From IMG/VR virus record IMGVR_UViG_3300031555_010392, positions 64,001 to 125,944 of that record: a DNA stretch of 61,944 bases; one strand, 5' to 3'. Position numbers and translations under genes: made by a program. The stretch is from a virus (lineage: Duplodnaviria; Heunggongvirae; Uroviricota; Caudoviricetes). The notes beneath the pieces were generated by a model that made no database searches, was not told the DNA's origin, and saw only the letters and a list, made by a program, of their open reading frames with translations. Positions 1-9,058 of the stretch are shown piece by piece; the stretch's first letter is position 1; each line of letters begins with the position of its first letter.

Positions 1-3
1 TAT

Positions 4-1359
4 GTGACGGTCGTGATGGATCACAAAGCCCATTACAAATATATGTTTGAGAATGGGTTTGACATCAATGATAAGCACTATGTGCGATTGAGCTGCTCTG
101 CTGGACAAGCTCGTGTAAGCACTGTGGTGTTCTGTGCAGACGATATTGTTGAGGAGGTTGAAAGGCGCCTTAACAACGGACGAGATATGACTAAGAAGTT
201 GGCTCCTAGTAAGTTTAATGCATACTTTGGACTCGCTGGTAGTGCGACTTTTGAGGTGAGCGAACCTAAATTTATCGTTGTAAAGGACTATTCCAACTTC
301 TCCACCTTTATGGCCAACTTTGATACAGAGACAGATTGGGATATTGATGATGAAATTGAGCCTCGTGAAGTGACCGCTGAAATGAACCGCACTGATGGTA
401 TGGGGCTGATTTCTCCAAGGCAGGCTCAGAAGTGGGCTGAGGAGTTGGAGCTTGATTATGTTCCTAGCCAGTTTATTGTAAGGCAGAGTTTTCTGAAAGG
501 CATGGTATGCACTTTCCCAATTCATGAGTTCTGCGAGGAAGTAAATGACGGCAATTATCTGGTGGACACCATTTATCAGGATGAGAATGGGGAATACATC
601 AAAGCCGATCTCAGGGATTATGACCTGATTATTGGCGAGTCTCAGTTTAAGCTATGGGATAGCTGGTCAAGTATGGAAGCATATATCGATTGTTGTCACC
701 AGAATGGTCTCACCTGGGGGATCGCTCAGTATTCGCCTAAAGAAGCAAAGAACGTTTTAACGCTAAACTACCAGTTTATCCAGACGCTCGACTTAAAACA
801 ACGCGACATTGAAAAGCTGGCTTCGCTTTTTGTGGACTGGATTGAAGGAACCAGTATGGACAAACGCGAGTATATGCTGTTGTTCTTGCTGGGGGCTAAT
901 AATACGCAGGAAAGCATTGAATGGTTTTTGCGTAGCAGTGATAAAAATTGGATTAGAGCATTGGTTGTAAACCCAGAATGTGCAAAAGACCCTTACATCA
1001 GATTGAAGATTAGGGATTTAATCAGAAACAGGATCAAGAATGCGGCTATGGGTGAGTTGCCTATAAAGGGCAATTTTCAAACAATGGTTTCTGATCCGTA
1101 TGCTTATATGCAGCACGTGTGTGGCATGGAGCCCACTGGGTTGCTCAGAGAAGGTGAGTGCTACAGCAATTACTGGAATGAGCGTGGTGTTGAGAAGGTT
1201 AATTTGGCCAGGTCTCCTCAGACATATCGTTGCGAAAATGTAGTTACGCGGCTGGTGAAAAATGAGGAGACTGAGAAGTGGTATAGGTATTGTCATCTTG
1301 GAGTGATTTTTAATTGGTTTGGCCATGAGGTTGTGAACCTTGGCGGTGCCGACTTCGAT
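4..1359 (+). CDS. yonO: YonO-like phage single-subunit (RdRP-like, double-psi barrel) RNA polymerase, exon 1; true 5' end probably upstream of the window
   Basis: Motifs RTDGMGLI, QFIVRQSFLKGM, LARSP and GGADFD. The catalytic DFDGD motif is completed by exon 2 after removal of the intron. Confidence 0.85.
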
Positions 1360-2228
1360 AAACTTCTTTGTCGAAGTAAAACGTGGTGAACGCATAAAGG
1401 TGCGGTGTCATCTCAGCAATGCAGTCGCAGGAAATGGCGATGAGTGAGGTGGCTAACAGGGGAGCCTAAACCGTAAGGCATGGTAATCCTGTGCTTTTGA
1501 ATATGTGTATTTGTGGCCTATTAATAAATAAGGAGGTGTTTTATGGAGGAGTTCCGTGATGTGTACATAGAAAAATATGGATTAATTAAAATCAATCGAA
1601 CTGGTACTTGTGTTATTGGGAAAAAGGGCGTGCCTTTATCAATGCATTGGCGCAATGATGACGGCTACGTGCTCGTCAGGTTGTCGTATTTTGATGAAAA
1701 GACGGGGAAGAAAAAACGACTAAATAGGTTGGTGCATCGCTTGGTTGCATTAGCTTTTGTTGAAAATCCTAATGGTCTTCTCGAGGTTAATCATAAGGAT
1801 GGAGATAAAGAAAATAATGACGCCAGCAATTTGGAGTGGTGTTCTCGTCAGCAAAATATTCAGCATGCCTGGAGGACTGGTCTTTCAACATATAGTAATA
1901 TGGGTGTGAATAACGGAAGACATGTTTTAAACGAAAATTCTGTTATAGAAATAAGAGACGCTTATGCCAGAGGAGAAACAAGATATAGTATTGCCAAACG
2001 CTATGGTATAGGCTGGACTACAGTAGACCATGTTATTAAAGGCCACACATGGTCTTATGTAAATTGATCAAAAACATATTCAGAAGTCAAGAGACTATCC
2101 CGCAAGGGAGTACAGGTAAGGTGTAATTCCTTACTTGGAAGTGCCACGCCCCTGATAAAGGGTGAAGATATAGTCCAACCCGGCTACTTTGAGTGGCGTT
2201 AAAGTACCGTGAAAACGGCGGTAGAGTG
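1360..2228 (+). mobile_element. Group I intron in the RNAP catalytic motif, with HNH ORF
   Basis: P1 CTTCGAT(1353-1359)/GTCGAAG(1370-1376) has a U.G pair at the splice site. R element AAGAGACTATCC at 2089-2100, S element AAGATATAGTCC at 2165-2176, terminal G at 2228. Splicing gives DFD|GDIVAST in frame. Confidence 0.95.
1543..2067 (+). CDS. Intron-encoded HNH homing endonuclease
   Basis: VHRLVALAF...VNHKDGDKENNDASNLEW motif and a C-terminal HTH-like segment; RBS AGGAGGTG. The ORF is looped out by the helix TGAATATGT(1498-1506)/ACATATTCA(2074-2082). Confidence 0.92.
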   Translation: MEEFRDVYIEKYGLIKINRTGTCVIGKKGVPLSMHWRNDDGYVLVRLSYFDEKTGKKKRLNRLVHRLVALAFVENPNGLLEVNHKDGDKENNDASNLEWCSRQQNIQHAWRTGLSTYSNMGVNNGRHVLNENSVIEIRDAYARGETRYSIAKRYGIGWTTVDHVIKGHTWSYVN

Positions 2229-3332
2229 GGAGATATAGTAGCCTCAACTGACTGTGAGGCTATTATTAACAACGTATATAAAGATGAACTGACAGTAACC
2301 TATGATGCCCCTAAACCTTCTAAGAAGGTTTTTGATAAGCAGGATCTCTTTAATGCAGACCTTTTCTCCTTTGGCTCGATGATCGGCAGTATCACGAACA
2401 AGGGCACTAATGCTTATGCGCTGTTGCCATTACTTGAAGAGGAATATGGAAAGGATAGCAAAGAAGTCAAGCTTGTGCTTTCACGTCTGCAGCAGTGCTG
2501 TGTCGCACAGTCGAGAGCTATTGATAAAGCTAAGATAGGTCAGCCCGTTAAAGGTATTCCAGATATTTGGATCAGACGTCGCAGGATCACTGAGGAAGAT
2601 GATGAAGCAACTCGTGCTCACAAAGAACTTATGAATCGTTGCCTGATTGATAAGCGGCCTTATTTCTTCAAATATCGCTATGCCGACAGCAAACGCGAGC
2701 ATGATGCTTATAAGAAGAGCCGTGATGCTATTTGTAAATCGCTATTTGATCTTTCAATTGATGAGTTGATAGCCGCCCCTAGAAAAACTCAGGAGCAAAG
2801 AGATTGGCTGCGCAATTATCACGAATTTGCGCCACTCATTGAAAGCAACAGCCCCATGAACCTACTTTGCAAATATATCGAGCAGATTGATTTCCAGATT
2901 GTGAAAAAAATGAGGGCACCTGGGCAATTTGATCCGCATGTTTATATTGATCAGACTGTTGCTAATTGGGAAGAGCATTATGAAAGCATTGTAAAATGCT
3001 ATGATCGGCATTTACGAGATGTGGCTAATAATGCGGCTTGTGGTAATTTTGAAGAAGAAAGAATTATAGATAAATTGCGAGAGTCTATGTCTTTCATATG
3101 CACCAATCCAACTGTGGTGGTAAACTGTCTAGTGCAATATTTGCTTATTGATAAGCCGCGTAAAGATATAGAAATTTTGTGGCTGGCATATGGAAACCAA
3201 TTAGTTAGAAATGCAAGAAAGAACGATCAGGGGATAGTTGTTTTCCCTTTGCCTGACCCCAATGGCGAAATTGAATATTTGGGCGACAGGTTTCAAAATG
3301 TGGAGGTGACCGAGTATAAACTTGGCATTTAA
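2229..3332 (+). CDS. yonO: YonO-like RNA polymerase, exon 2
   Basis: Begins GDIVASTD, completing DFDGD; later SMIGSITN and IDKAK motifs typical of RdRP-like enzymes. Confidence 0.85.
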   Translation, partial: GDIVASTDCEAIINNVYKDELTVTYDAPKPSKKVFDKQDLFNADLFSFGSMIGSITNKGTNAYALLPLLEEEYGKDSKEVKLVLSRLQQCCVAQSRAIDKAKIGQPVKGIPDIWIRRRRITEEDDEATRAHKELMNRCLIDKRPYFFKYRYADSKREHDAYKKSRDAICKSLFDLSIDELIAAPRKTQEQRDWLRNYHEFAPLIESNSPMNLLCKYIEQIDFQIVKKMRAPGQFDPHVYIDQTVANWEEHYESIVKCYDRHLRDVANNAACGNFEEERIIDKLRESMSFICTNPTVVVNCLVQYLLIDKPRKDIEILWLAYGNQLVRNARKNDQGIVVFPLPDPNGEIEYLGDRFQNVEVTEYKLGI

Positions 3333-4200
3333 TTTGGATTCATACAGACAGAAAGAATTTGCCCAGCATGTTTTTGGCCATGGGCTTCAAGCAGAATCAT
3401 ATGGGAAACAGGGGTATGAGCTTAAGCTGCTTGCGGTATATCTTCGCGATGAATGCGGTATGTCAGATAAAGAAATCCGCGAATATCTAATAAAGTTTTG
3501 TGAAAAAGAGATAGAGGGTTATCACTTTAGAAGACATTATAAATTAATTGAAACAGCATGTAAGTACGCAAAGGATAAAAAGAATGTGTTAATACAAGTC
3601 GATTCATTGCCGGTTTATCAGGAAGAAGTGATGTATATCGATTCGCTTGATATTTCGTATGATGAAAAGAAACTTATGTTCTCTATTTTAATGCTCAAGA
3701 AATTGGACAGGGAATGCTTTGAGCAACGAAACGGTGGGGAATATAAAATGGCATATTTAGCAGCGGACGAGCAGAAATTGTGTTTCTTAAAAAAGACGGC
3801 TGGTGCGTCATCTAAGATGGACATCCCTAAAGATGTTTTTTATCATTGGCGTGAAAAGGGATACATTCGAGTGTCCTTTGCTGGCTTTATCTTAGATTTT
3901 ATGGACCAGATGGAGCACAACGGAATCGAGATCATGCAAATAAAGCATTATGATTGTTTTGGGGCTTATTGGGATCTGTTGTTTAATGGAGATAAGGTTA
4001 CCACTTGCAAGGTTTGTTCTAAGCCTATTAAGAAAACCAGCGCCAATAAGTGTTACTGTAAAGAGCACATGAAATTTACTGAACCAACTGTGGCACATAA
4101 AACGAAACAGATGGAATGCGGCAATTGTGGCAGGAAATTTTTTGTAAGTGCTCATGCGGTAAAAGCTAGAATTTGCCCCTCTTGCGCAAGGAAAGAATAA
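3322..4200 (+). CDS. Hypothetical protein with C-terminal Cys-rich zinc-binding motifs, overlapping the RNAP stop
   Basis: 292 aa ORF with CKVC..YCKEH and CGNC..CPSC. Confidence 0.7.
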   Translation: MAFNLDSYRQKEFAQHVFGHGLQAESYGKQGYELKLLAVYLRDECGMSDKEIREYLIKFCEKEIEGYHFRRHYKLIETACKYAKDKKNVLIQVDSLPVYQEEVMYIDSLDISYDEKKLMFSILMLKKLDRECFEQRNGGEYKMAYLAADEQKLCFLKKTAGASSKMDIPKDVFYHWREKGYIRVSFAGFILDFMDQMEHNGIEIMQIKHYDCFGAYWDLLFNGDKVTTCKVCSKPIKKTSANKCYCKEHMKFTEPTVAHKTKQMECGNCGRKFFVSAHAVKARICPSCARKE

Positions 4201-4227
4201 CAATATAGTTTTTCGGAAGCTCAAAGA

Positions 4228-4272
4228 GCCGGAAACCATTGAAACGTAAGGGTTTCCGGCCTTTTTGTTTTT
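4228..4272 (+). terminator. Intrinsic terminator
   Basis: GCCGGAAACC/GGTTTCCGGC stem followed by CTTTTTGTTTTT. Confidence 0.75.
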
Positions 4273-4319
4273 CCTATCTATTTGAAAGGAAGAGAGATAC
4301 TTCCGCCATATAGAAAGGA

Positions 4320-4547
4320 TTGAAAAAATTGATTAAAGTCAACAAAAATGAGGCCCTGATGATCCGTGAAGTTTTCCCCGTTGGCGTTACCCTTCACCGT
4401 ACTTGCAAGCAGAAGTCAGACCGGCACAATTATTATATGTCGAGTCAGGTGCCTGCAATTGCTGCAGTAGAAGAATATCGTAATGGCGCAACGGTGGAAG
4501 AACTCAAGGCAAAGTACAAGAATGCAAAAATCGGCCTGTATTTTTAA
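4320..4547 (+). CDS. Small hypothetical protein (start may be TTG 4329)
   Basis: 75 aa ORF with RBS GAAAGGA; first gene of the putative late operon. Confidence 0.65.
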   Translation: MKKLIKVNKNEALMIREVFPVGVTLHRTCKQKSDRHNYYMSSQVPAIAAVEEYRNGATVEELKAKYKNAKIGLYF

Positions 4548-4565
4548 TTGAAGGAGTGAAATAAT

Positions 4566-4793
4566 ATGGCAAAGCTTCAGAAAACGATGAGTTTTAATAA
4601 TGCGACAATTGATTTTGATGCGGGTGAGCTGATTGAATATTCCAAGGATGGCGATCCTATTGCTCGCTTTAAGCTGGGGGAAATTTTTCAGACTTGGGAC
4701 GGCGTTAGTGGAATTTCTCTGACGATTAAGCGCGTTAATGAAGTCTATCATTCTGATGAAGATGGCGAGGGTATCGCTGATGGTAATTACTGA
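4566..4793 (+). CDS. YonK-like protein
   Basis: Resembles SPbeta YonK (SF..A.ID...EY.KD...F..WDG..GISLTIK) and lies in the matching position before a YonJ-like gene. Confidence 0.6.
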   Translation: MAKLQKTMSFNNATIDFDAGELIEYSKDGDPIARFKLGEIFQTWDGVSGISLTIKRVNEVYHSDEDGEGIADGNY

Positions 4794-6000
4794 TTTTAAA
4801 TTAGATACAAATGATAATGAACTTCAAACGCTTTGGAAACTGGGAAAACTAAAAGACAAAGAATTGCTAGAAGCTTCTTGGCAGGAAATTGGTGATTTTA
4901 TGAATCGTCATTTCCGCTTGGACGAGACGGAATATAGGACAGAATCAGCATATCGTAAGATTTATAAAAATGGCAAGATGTTTTTTGAACAGGTATTTCA
5001 GATGAATGCTGATGACGTTGAAGGTTTAACTGAAATTCAAGAAGAGCGAGTTGCTCTTCAGAAAGAGCGCCAGCGTTTGCGTGACGAGCGTACTCAATAT
5101 GGTAAGTATGTGCGTGATGAGTCTCGTTTTGAACAGCGGTTAGATGCGATGGAAACTCTAATTATGGAACAGGGGAAAGTAAAATACAATTTCCCCGTGG
5201 TTGAGCTTCCTGTGACATTTGAGGCTAAAAAAGAGATGCTGGTTTTACTCAGTGACTGGCACATTGGTTTGGAATTTAAAAATGAATTTGGTTGCTTTAA
5301 TATTGATGAGGCTAAGATGCGGCTTGATGAGCTGCTAATGGCAATTCGCGAAAAGAAAAAGCTTCATGAGTGCGAAATATGCAATGTCGCAGTTATGGGT
5401 GATATGATTAGTGGAATTATTAAGCCTGGGATTTTGGTGGCGAACCGCGAGAGTGCCATGCATCAAGTAATGCTTGCTGCTGAAATGCTTAGCAAGTTTT
5501 TGGGTGAACTTTGTTCATACTTTGGTGAAGTGAGCTTCGTAAGCGTTGCTGGTAACCATAGCCGCATGGAAGCTAGTAAGGATAAAGCTATCAAAGATGA
5601 CCGCCTTGATGATGTGATCGCATGGTATGTAAAGGCGTCTCTCAAGCATCTCCCTAATTTCAAACCGAGAGATGAAGTGGATAATACCGTTACAGAGCTT
5701 GGCATTTGCGGCAAGCTTTATTTTTTTGCTCATGGTGATCATGATGAAATTACACAGGCTGGTATCTCGAAGCTGGCGTTCCTGCTTGGTGAGATACCCT
5801 ATGCGGTTTGTGTGGGACATAAACACTATCCTATGATGACTGAAGTCAATGGGGTAAAGGTAGTGCAGAATGGTTGTCTTCCTGGATCTGGTGATGACCA
5901 TACGATTGAAATGCGCCTGAGTGGAAAAGCCTCTCAAACGATTTTGATTTGTGATGAAGATGGTATTGACGCCTATTATCCTGTAAGACTAGAGGTGTGA
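4780..6000 (+). CDS. YonJ-like metallophosphoesterase with N-terminal coiled coil
   Basis: LSDWHIG, MGDMISG, GNHSR, HGDH and GHKH calcineurin-like motifs. ATG 4780 has a better RBS than ATG 4738. Confidence 0.8.
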   Translation: MVITDFKLDTNDNELQTLWKLGKLKDKELLEASWQEIGDFMNRHFRLDETEYRTESAYRKIYKNGKMFFEQVFQMNADDVEGLTEIQEERVALQKERQRLRDERTQYGKYVRDESRFEQRLDAMETLIMEQGKVKYNFPVVELPVTFEAKKEMLVLLSDWHIGLEFKNEFGCFNIDEAKMRLDELLMAIREKKKLHECEICNVAVMGDMISGIIKPGILVANRESAMHQVMLAAEMLSKFLGELCSYFGEVSFVSVAGNHSRMEASKDKAIKDDRLDDVIAWYVKASLKHLPNFKPRDEVDNTVTELGICGKLYFFAHGDHDEITQAGISKLAFLLGEIPYAVCVGHKHYPMMTEVNGVKVVQNGCLPGSGDDHTIEMRLSGKASQTILICDEDGIDAYYPVRLEV

Positions 6001-6002
6001 AA

Positions 6003-6134
6003 ATGCATTGGTTGATCGCTTGCAAAGACGGAGAAGTTGCGTCAATTGAGGCGGAAGATCTTATGAACGCAATTAAGCTGTCAGGCTTTGAGACATCTTG
6101 TATTATTGCCGCCTTGGCATCTAATTTTGAATGA
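6003..6134 (+). CDS. Small 43 aa ORF not in the ORF track
   Basis: RBS GAGGTG 5993-5998, ATG 6003, TGA 6132-6134 (MHWLIACKDG...). Confidence 0.5.
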   Translation: MHWLIACKDGEVASIEAEDLMNAIKLSGFETSCIIAALASNFE

Positions 6135-6189
6135 ATCGCAATAGCGTTTTATTGGTTGGCACATGAGGTCAATCTGAGTGATGAAACAA

Positions 6190-6470
6190 TATCCTGTTCC
6201 AGTATGTAGAGTATTGTGGAGCTCTCCGGGGGTTGTATGGGAACCACTAACTGGATAGGCTTTAAGCTGAAAGAAAACATATGGGCTGGTCGAAAGACCC
6301 TGGTCCACCGAGCGGCGGGGAATTTCCTTGCCATTTTTGTGCAACCGCGTGCAAACGCGTAACTCCTGGTTAATGAGTAGCGTTTAGGCGTTGCTCTGAT
6401 TTGAGGATTACCAAAGAGCCTTGTGCTCTTTGTTTTGCTTATATGGGTAGGCAAAGCTAAGAGCACAATG
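6190..6470 (+). ncRNA. Candidate structured non-coding RNA
   Basis: A run of hairpins with stable tetraloops (c-UCCG-g 6225-6228, GAAA 6292-6295, GCAA 6351-6354). Stems TCCAGT/ACTGGA and TTGTGCTCTT/AAGAGCACAA. No credible plus-strand ORF. Confidence 0.55.
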
Positions 6471-6504
6471 GATGAGAAAATTTAAATGTTAGGGGGACGA
6501 GCCT

Positions 6505-7704
6505 ATCCCTTATTTTTATGACACATGCACGTTGCTAAGACTACAGGAAAAAGTATTTGAGGAACCCTTTTATGTGAGCGGACAAACTTTCAAAGAGCTT
6601 GAGGAGATCAAGACAAGCAGTAGGAAAGATGCAGAAACTAAAGCAAAATCGAGAAGTCTTTTTAGATTGCTTGTTGAGAAAGAGAATTATACGATCATTC
6701 CTATTGACATGAAGATCTATGACGAGCTTATTGTGCTGAACCTGAGTGCCAGTCCTGACGAAATCATTATTGCTAGTGCTTCATTGGTAAATAGGAACAT
6801 TGAGAATATTGTTTTTGCAACAGATGATTTGGCATGTGGAATGATAGCAAAATCTTGCAAGCTGAAGGTGGAAATCAACCCAAAAGCCAAATATGAGGAA
6901 GAGTATAAAGGTTATAAGGAGTTCCGGGGAACTAGTGAAGAAATCAATAAATATATGGACAATCTGGATTATAAATCTTGGTATATAAACGAATATTTGA
7001 TTCTTCACAATTTGGACGACGGGAAAACAACCGAGATGCGGTATGACGGCCACCAGTTTGTGGCTTTAAAGTTGCCGCCATCTTCGTATATAAAAGCAAA
7101 AAACAGCTTACAGCGATGTGCGCTTGATTTGTTGATGAATAAAGACATTACTGCTATTGGTATTTTGGGTGGCTACGGCAGCGGTAAGACGATGCTGTCC
7201 ATGCTTATGGGTTTGTATCATGTAACTGAAAAGGGAAATCAAGATAAAGTTGTTGGCATCCGAGAGGCAAAAGGCGAAGGAGCAGAAATTGGTTTTCTTC
7301 CGGGGCGCTTTGAGGCAAAAACGGGGAATTTTTTTAAACCGTTGGAGCAGCAACTTAAAGGTGGTACTTTTGAGTTTGAATCTTTGATGCAGCGTGGCGT
7401 TTTAGAAACCCAGATTCCTTATTATCTTAAGGGCACGACATACAATGATAGTTTTATTGTTGTTGATGAAGCAGAAGATCTGTCTGAAAGCCAGTTAAAA
7501 TTGATTGGCACGCGCGTGGGTCAGAATAGTCGGATTGTTTTTGCAGGCGATTATAAGCAATCTTTGATTTGTAAGAATTTGAACAATCCTTTAGTAAAAA
7601 TGTGTTATGAGCTTCGTGGCAATCCAGCGTTTGGCTGTATCGTCCTTGATGAGGATGTGCGCAGTGAAACAAGCAAAATGTTTGCAGAGCTTTTTCAGAA
7701 TTGA
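6505..7704 (+). CDS. phoH: PIN domain + PhoH-like ATPase (PhoH2/YlaK type); probable ATC start
   Basis: The PIN motif YFYDTCTLL lies in frame upstream of the tracked TTG 6532; TDD, Walker A GGYGSGKT and Walker B IVVDEAED. Confidence 0.85.
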   Translation: MPYFYDTCTLLRLQEKVFEEPFYVSGQTFKELEEIKTSSRKDAETKAKSRSLFRLLVEKENYTIIPIDMKIYDELIVLNLSASPDEIIIASASLVNRNIENIVFATDDLACGMIAKSCKLKVEINPKAKYEEEYKGYKEFRGTSEEINKYMDNLDYKSWYINEYLILHNLDDGKTTEMRYDGHQFVALKLPPSSYIKAKNSLQRCALDLLMNKDITAIGILGGYGSGKTMLSMLMGLYHVTEKGNQDKVVGIREAKGEGAEIGFLPGRFEAKTGNFFKPLEQQLKGGTFEFESLMQRGVLETQIPYYLKGTTYNDSFIVVDEAEDLSESQLKLIGTRVGQNSRIVFAGDYKQSLICKNLNNPLVKMCYELRGNPAFGCIVLDEDVRSETSKMFAELFQN

Positions 7705-7726
7705 ATGATTTGATGGTGGTGATAGA

Positions 7727-9058
7727 TTGGCAGCAGCTAAAACAACAGCAACAAAAGCTGCGGCGCCTAAAAAGAAAATAGGCCGTCCATCAAAAGCCGA
7801 TCTTGCATTACAGGCTAAACGAGAGAAAAAAGCAGAGCGTGAACGCGCATCGGCTTTTCTTGAAGAAATGCCTCCTGTTTATAAATGCACTCGTTGCGGG
7901 AAAATGGCCTTTGAGGGAAAAGGCAACTTTTTTGCAGTTATTAATAATAGGGCTTTTGAGGGAAATGATAATAGGGCGTCTATTTGTTGCGAGTGCACAG
8001 AAAAATTTTTTAACGAATACATAGAGCGTTATAAGGATGAGAAGCTCGCCTTGATGCTGGTATGCATGCATCTGGGCGTTTTCTTTTCTGAGTCTTTATA
8101 TGACAATATGCACGAAAAAGAAACGCTTGAGCCTGAAAAGGAGAAATTTACGATTGGTAAATATCTTCGCCAGCTGTCTGGGCCTCAGTATAAAAAACAA
8201 ACTTTCTTGTCCTATATGCTGTCTATACTTCAAAAGAAGCAAGCATTTAGCACGCAAGAGGAATCGAGAGACAGGCTTGAGGAAAACTGGAAAGCTGAAG
8301 ATAGGCGCAATAAGCGCATGTGCATAGATGAGATTGGATATGACTGTTTTGATGATACGGTTTATTCTTCTGCTGATAGAAAGCAGATGTATAACTCATT
8401 AGCACAGTATTTGGGCATGGACGGTGTTTCTGAGGATAAGCATAAACGAGACGCCGCGGTTAGCATCGTGAAAACATCCATGCAGATGGAGTTCGTAGAT
8501 CGAGAGCTAAACCGTGAAAGCAGGAACCCAGATCCTGATTTTTCAAGAATTGATAAACTGATTACTGCTAAAAAGCAGTTAAGTGAAGTTATCAATAAAA
8601 TTGCAAAAGATAATGCCATTTCTGCAAGCGGTAGCGGGAAACGAGGAAAGTCTACTGTTGCTGTTACGGCGATCATGAAGGAAATGATTGATAATGGCGT
8701 TATTGAGATTAAGCCTAATTTGACAGAAGTAAAAATGTGCGAGGCTTTCACTTCGATTGCTGAAATTAGTTCCAAAGCTCTTGTAAATGAGATGAACATT
8801 ACAGGAGATGAATATGCCGTTATGGTCGGTCAGCAGTCAGATGTGATACGTGAGCAAGCCGAAAAGATCATGCAGCTTGAAGAAGAGAAGAGACTGCTTA
8901 CTATACGAGTTCATGACTTTGAGGCAAAGCGAAAGAGAAAAACCGTGAATCCAGTTACTCTTGATATTGGGGCTGCCGCGAGGGAGGCCTTAGAGGAAGA
9001 AGAGGTTGAACTGGAGTTTGAAGGGTTGGCGAGCTTGGATGGTGATATTGAATGCTAA
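7727..9058 (+). CDS. DNA-binding protein preceding the terminase (possible small terminase subunit, YonG-like position)
   Basis: KKKIGRPSK AT-hook-like motif, CTRC and CCEC pairs; overlaps the TerL start. Confidence 0.45.
   Translation: MAAAKTTATKAAAPKKKIGRPSKADLALQAKREKKAERERASAFLEEMPPVYKCTRCGKMAFEGKGNFFAVINNRAFEGNDNRASICCECTEKFFNEYIERYKDEKLALMLVCMHLGVFFSESLYDNMHEKETLEPEKEKFTIGKYLRQLSGPQYKKQTFLSYMLSILQKKQAFSTQEESRDRLEENWKAEDRRNKRMCIDEIGYDCFDDTVYSSADRKQMYNSLAQYLGMDGVSEDKHKRDAAVSIVKTSMQMEFVDRELNRESRNPDPDFSRIDKLITAKKQLSEVINKIAKDNAISASGSGKRGKSTVAVTAIMKEMIDNGVIEIKPNLTEVKMCEAFTSIAEISSKALVNEMNITGDEYAVMVGQQSDVIREQAEKIMQLEEEKRLLTIRVHDFEAKRKRKTVNPVTLDIGAAAREALEEEEVELEFEGLASLDGDIEC

Noticed and set aside
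6170-6190. Hammerhead ribozyme core (CTGAGTGATGAAAC)
   Set aside because: It does not match CUGANGA...GAAA spacing and lacks stem II.
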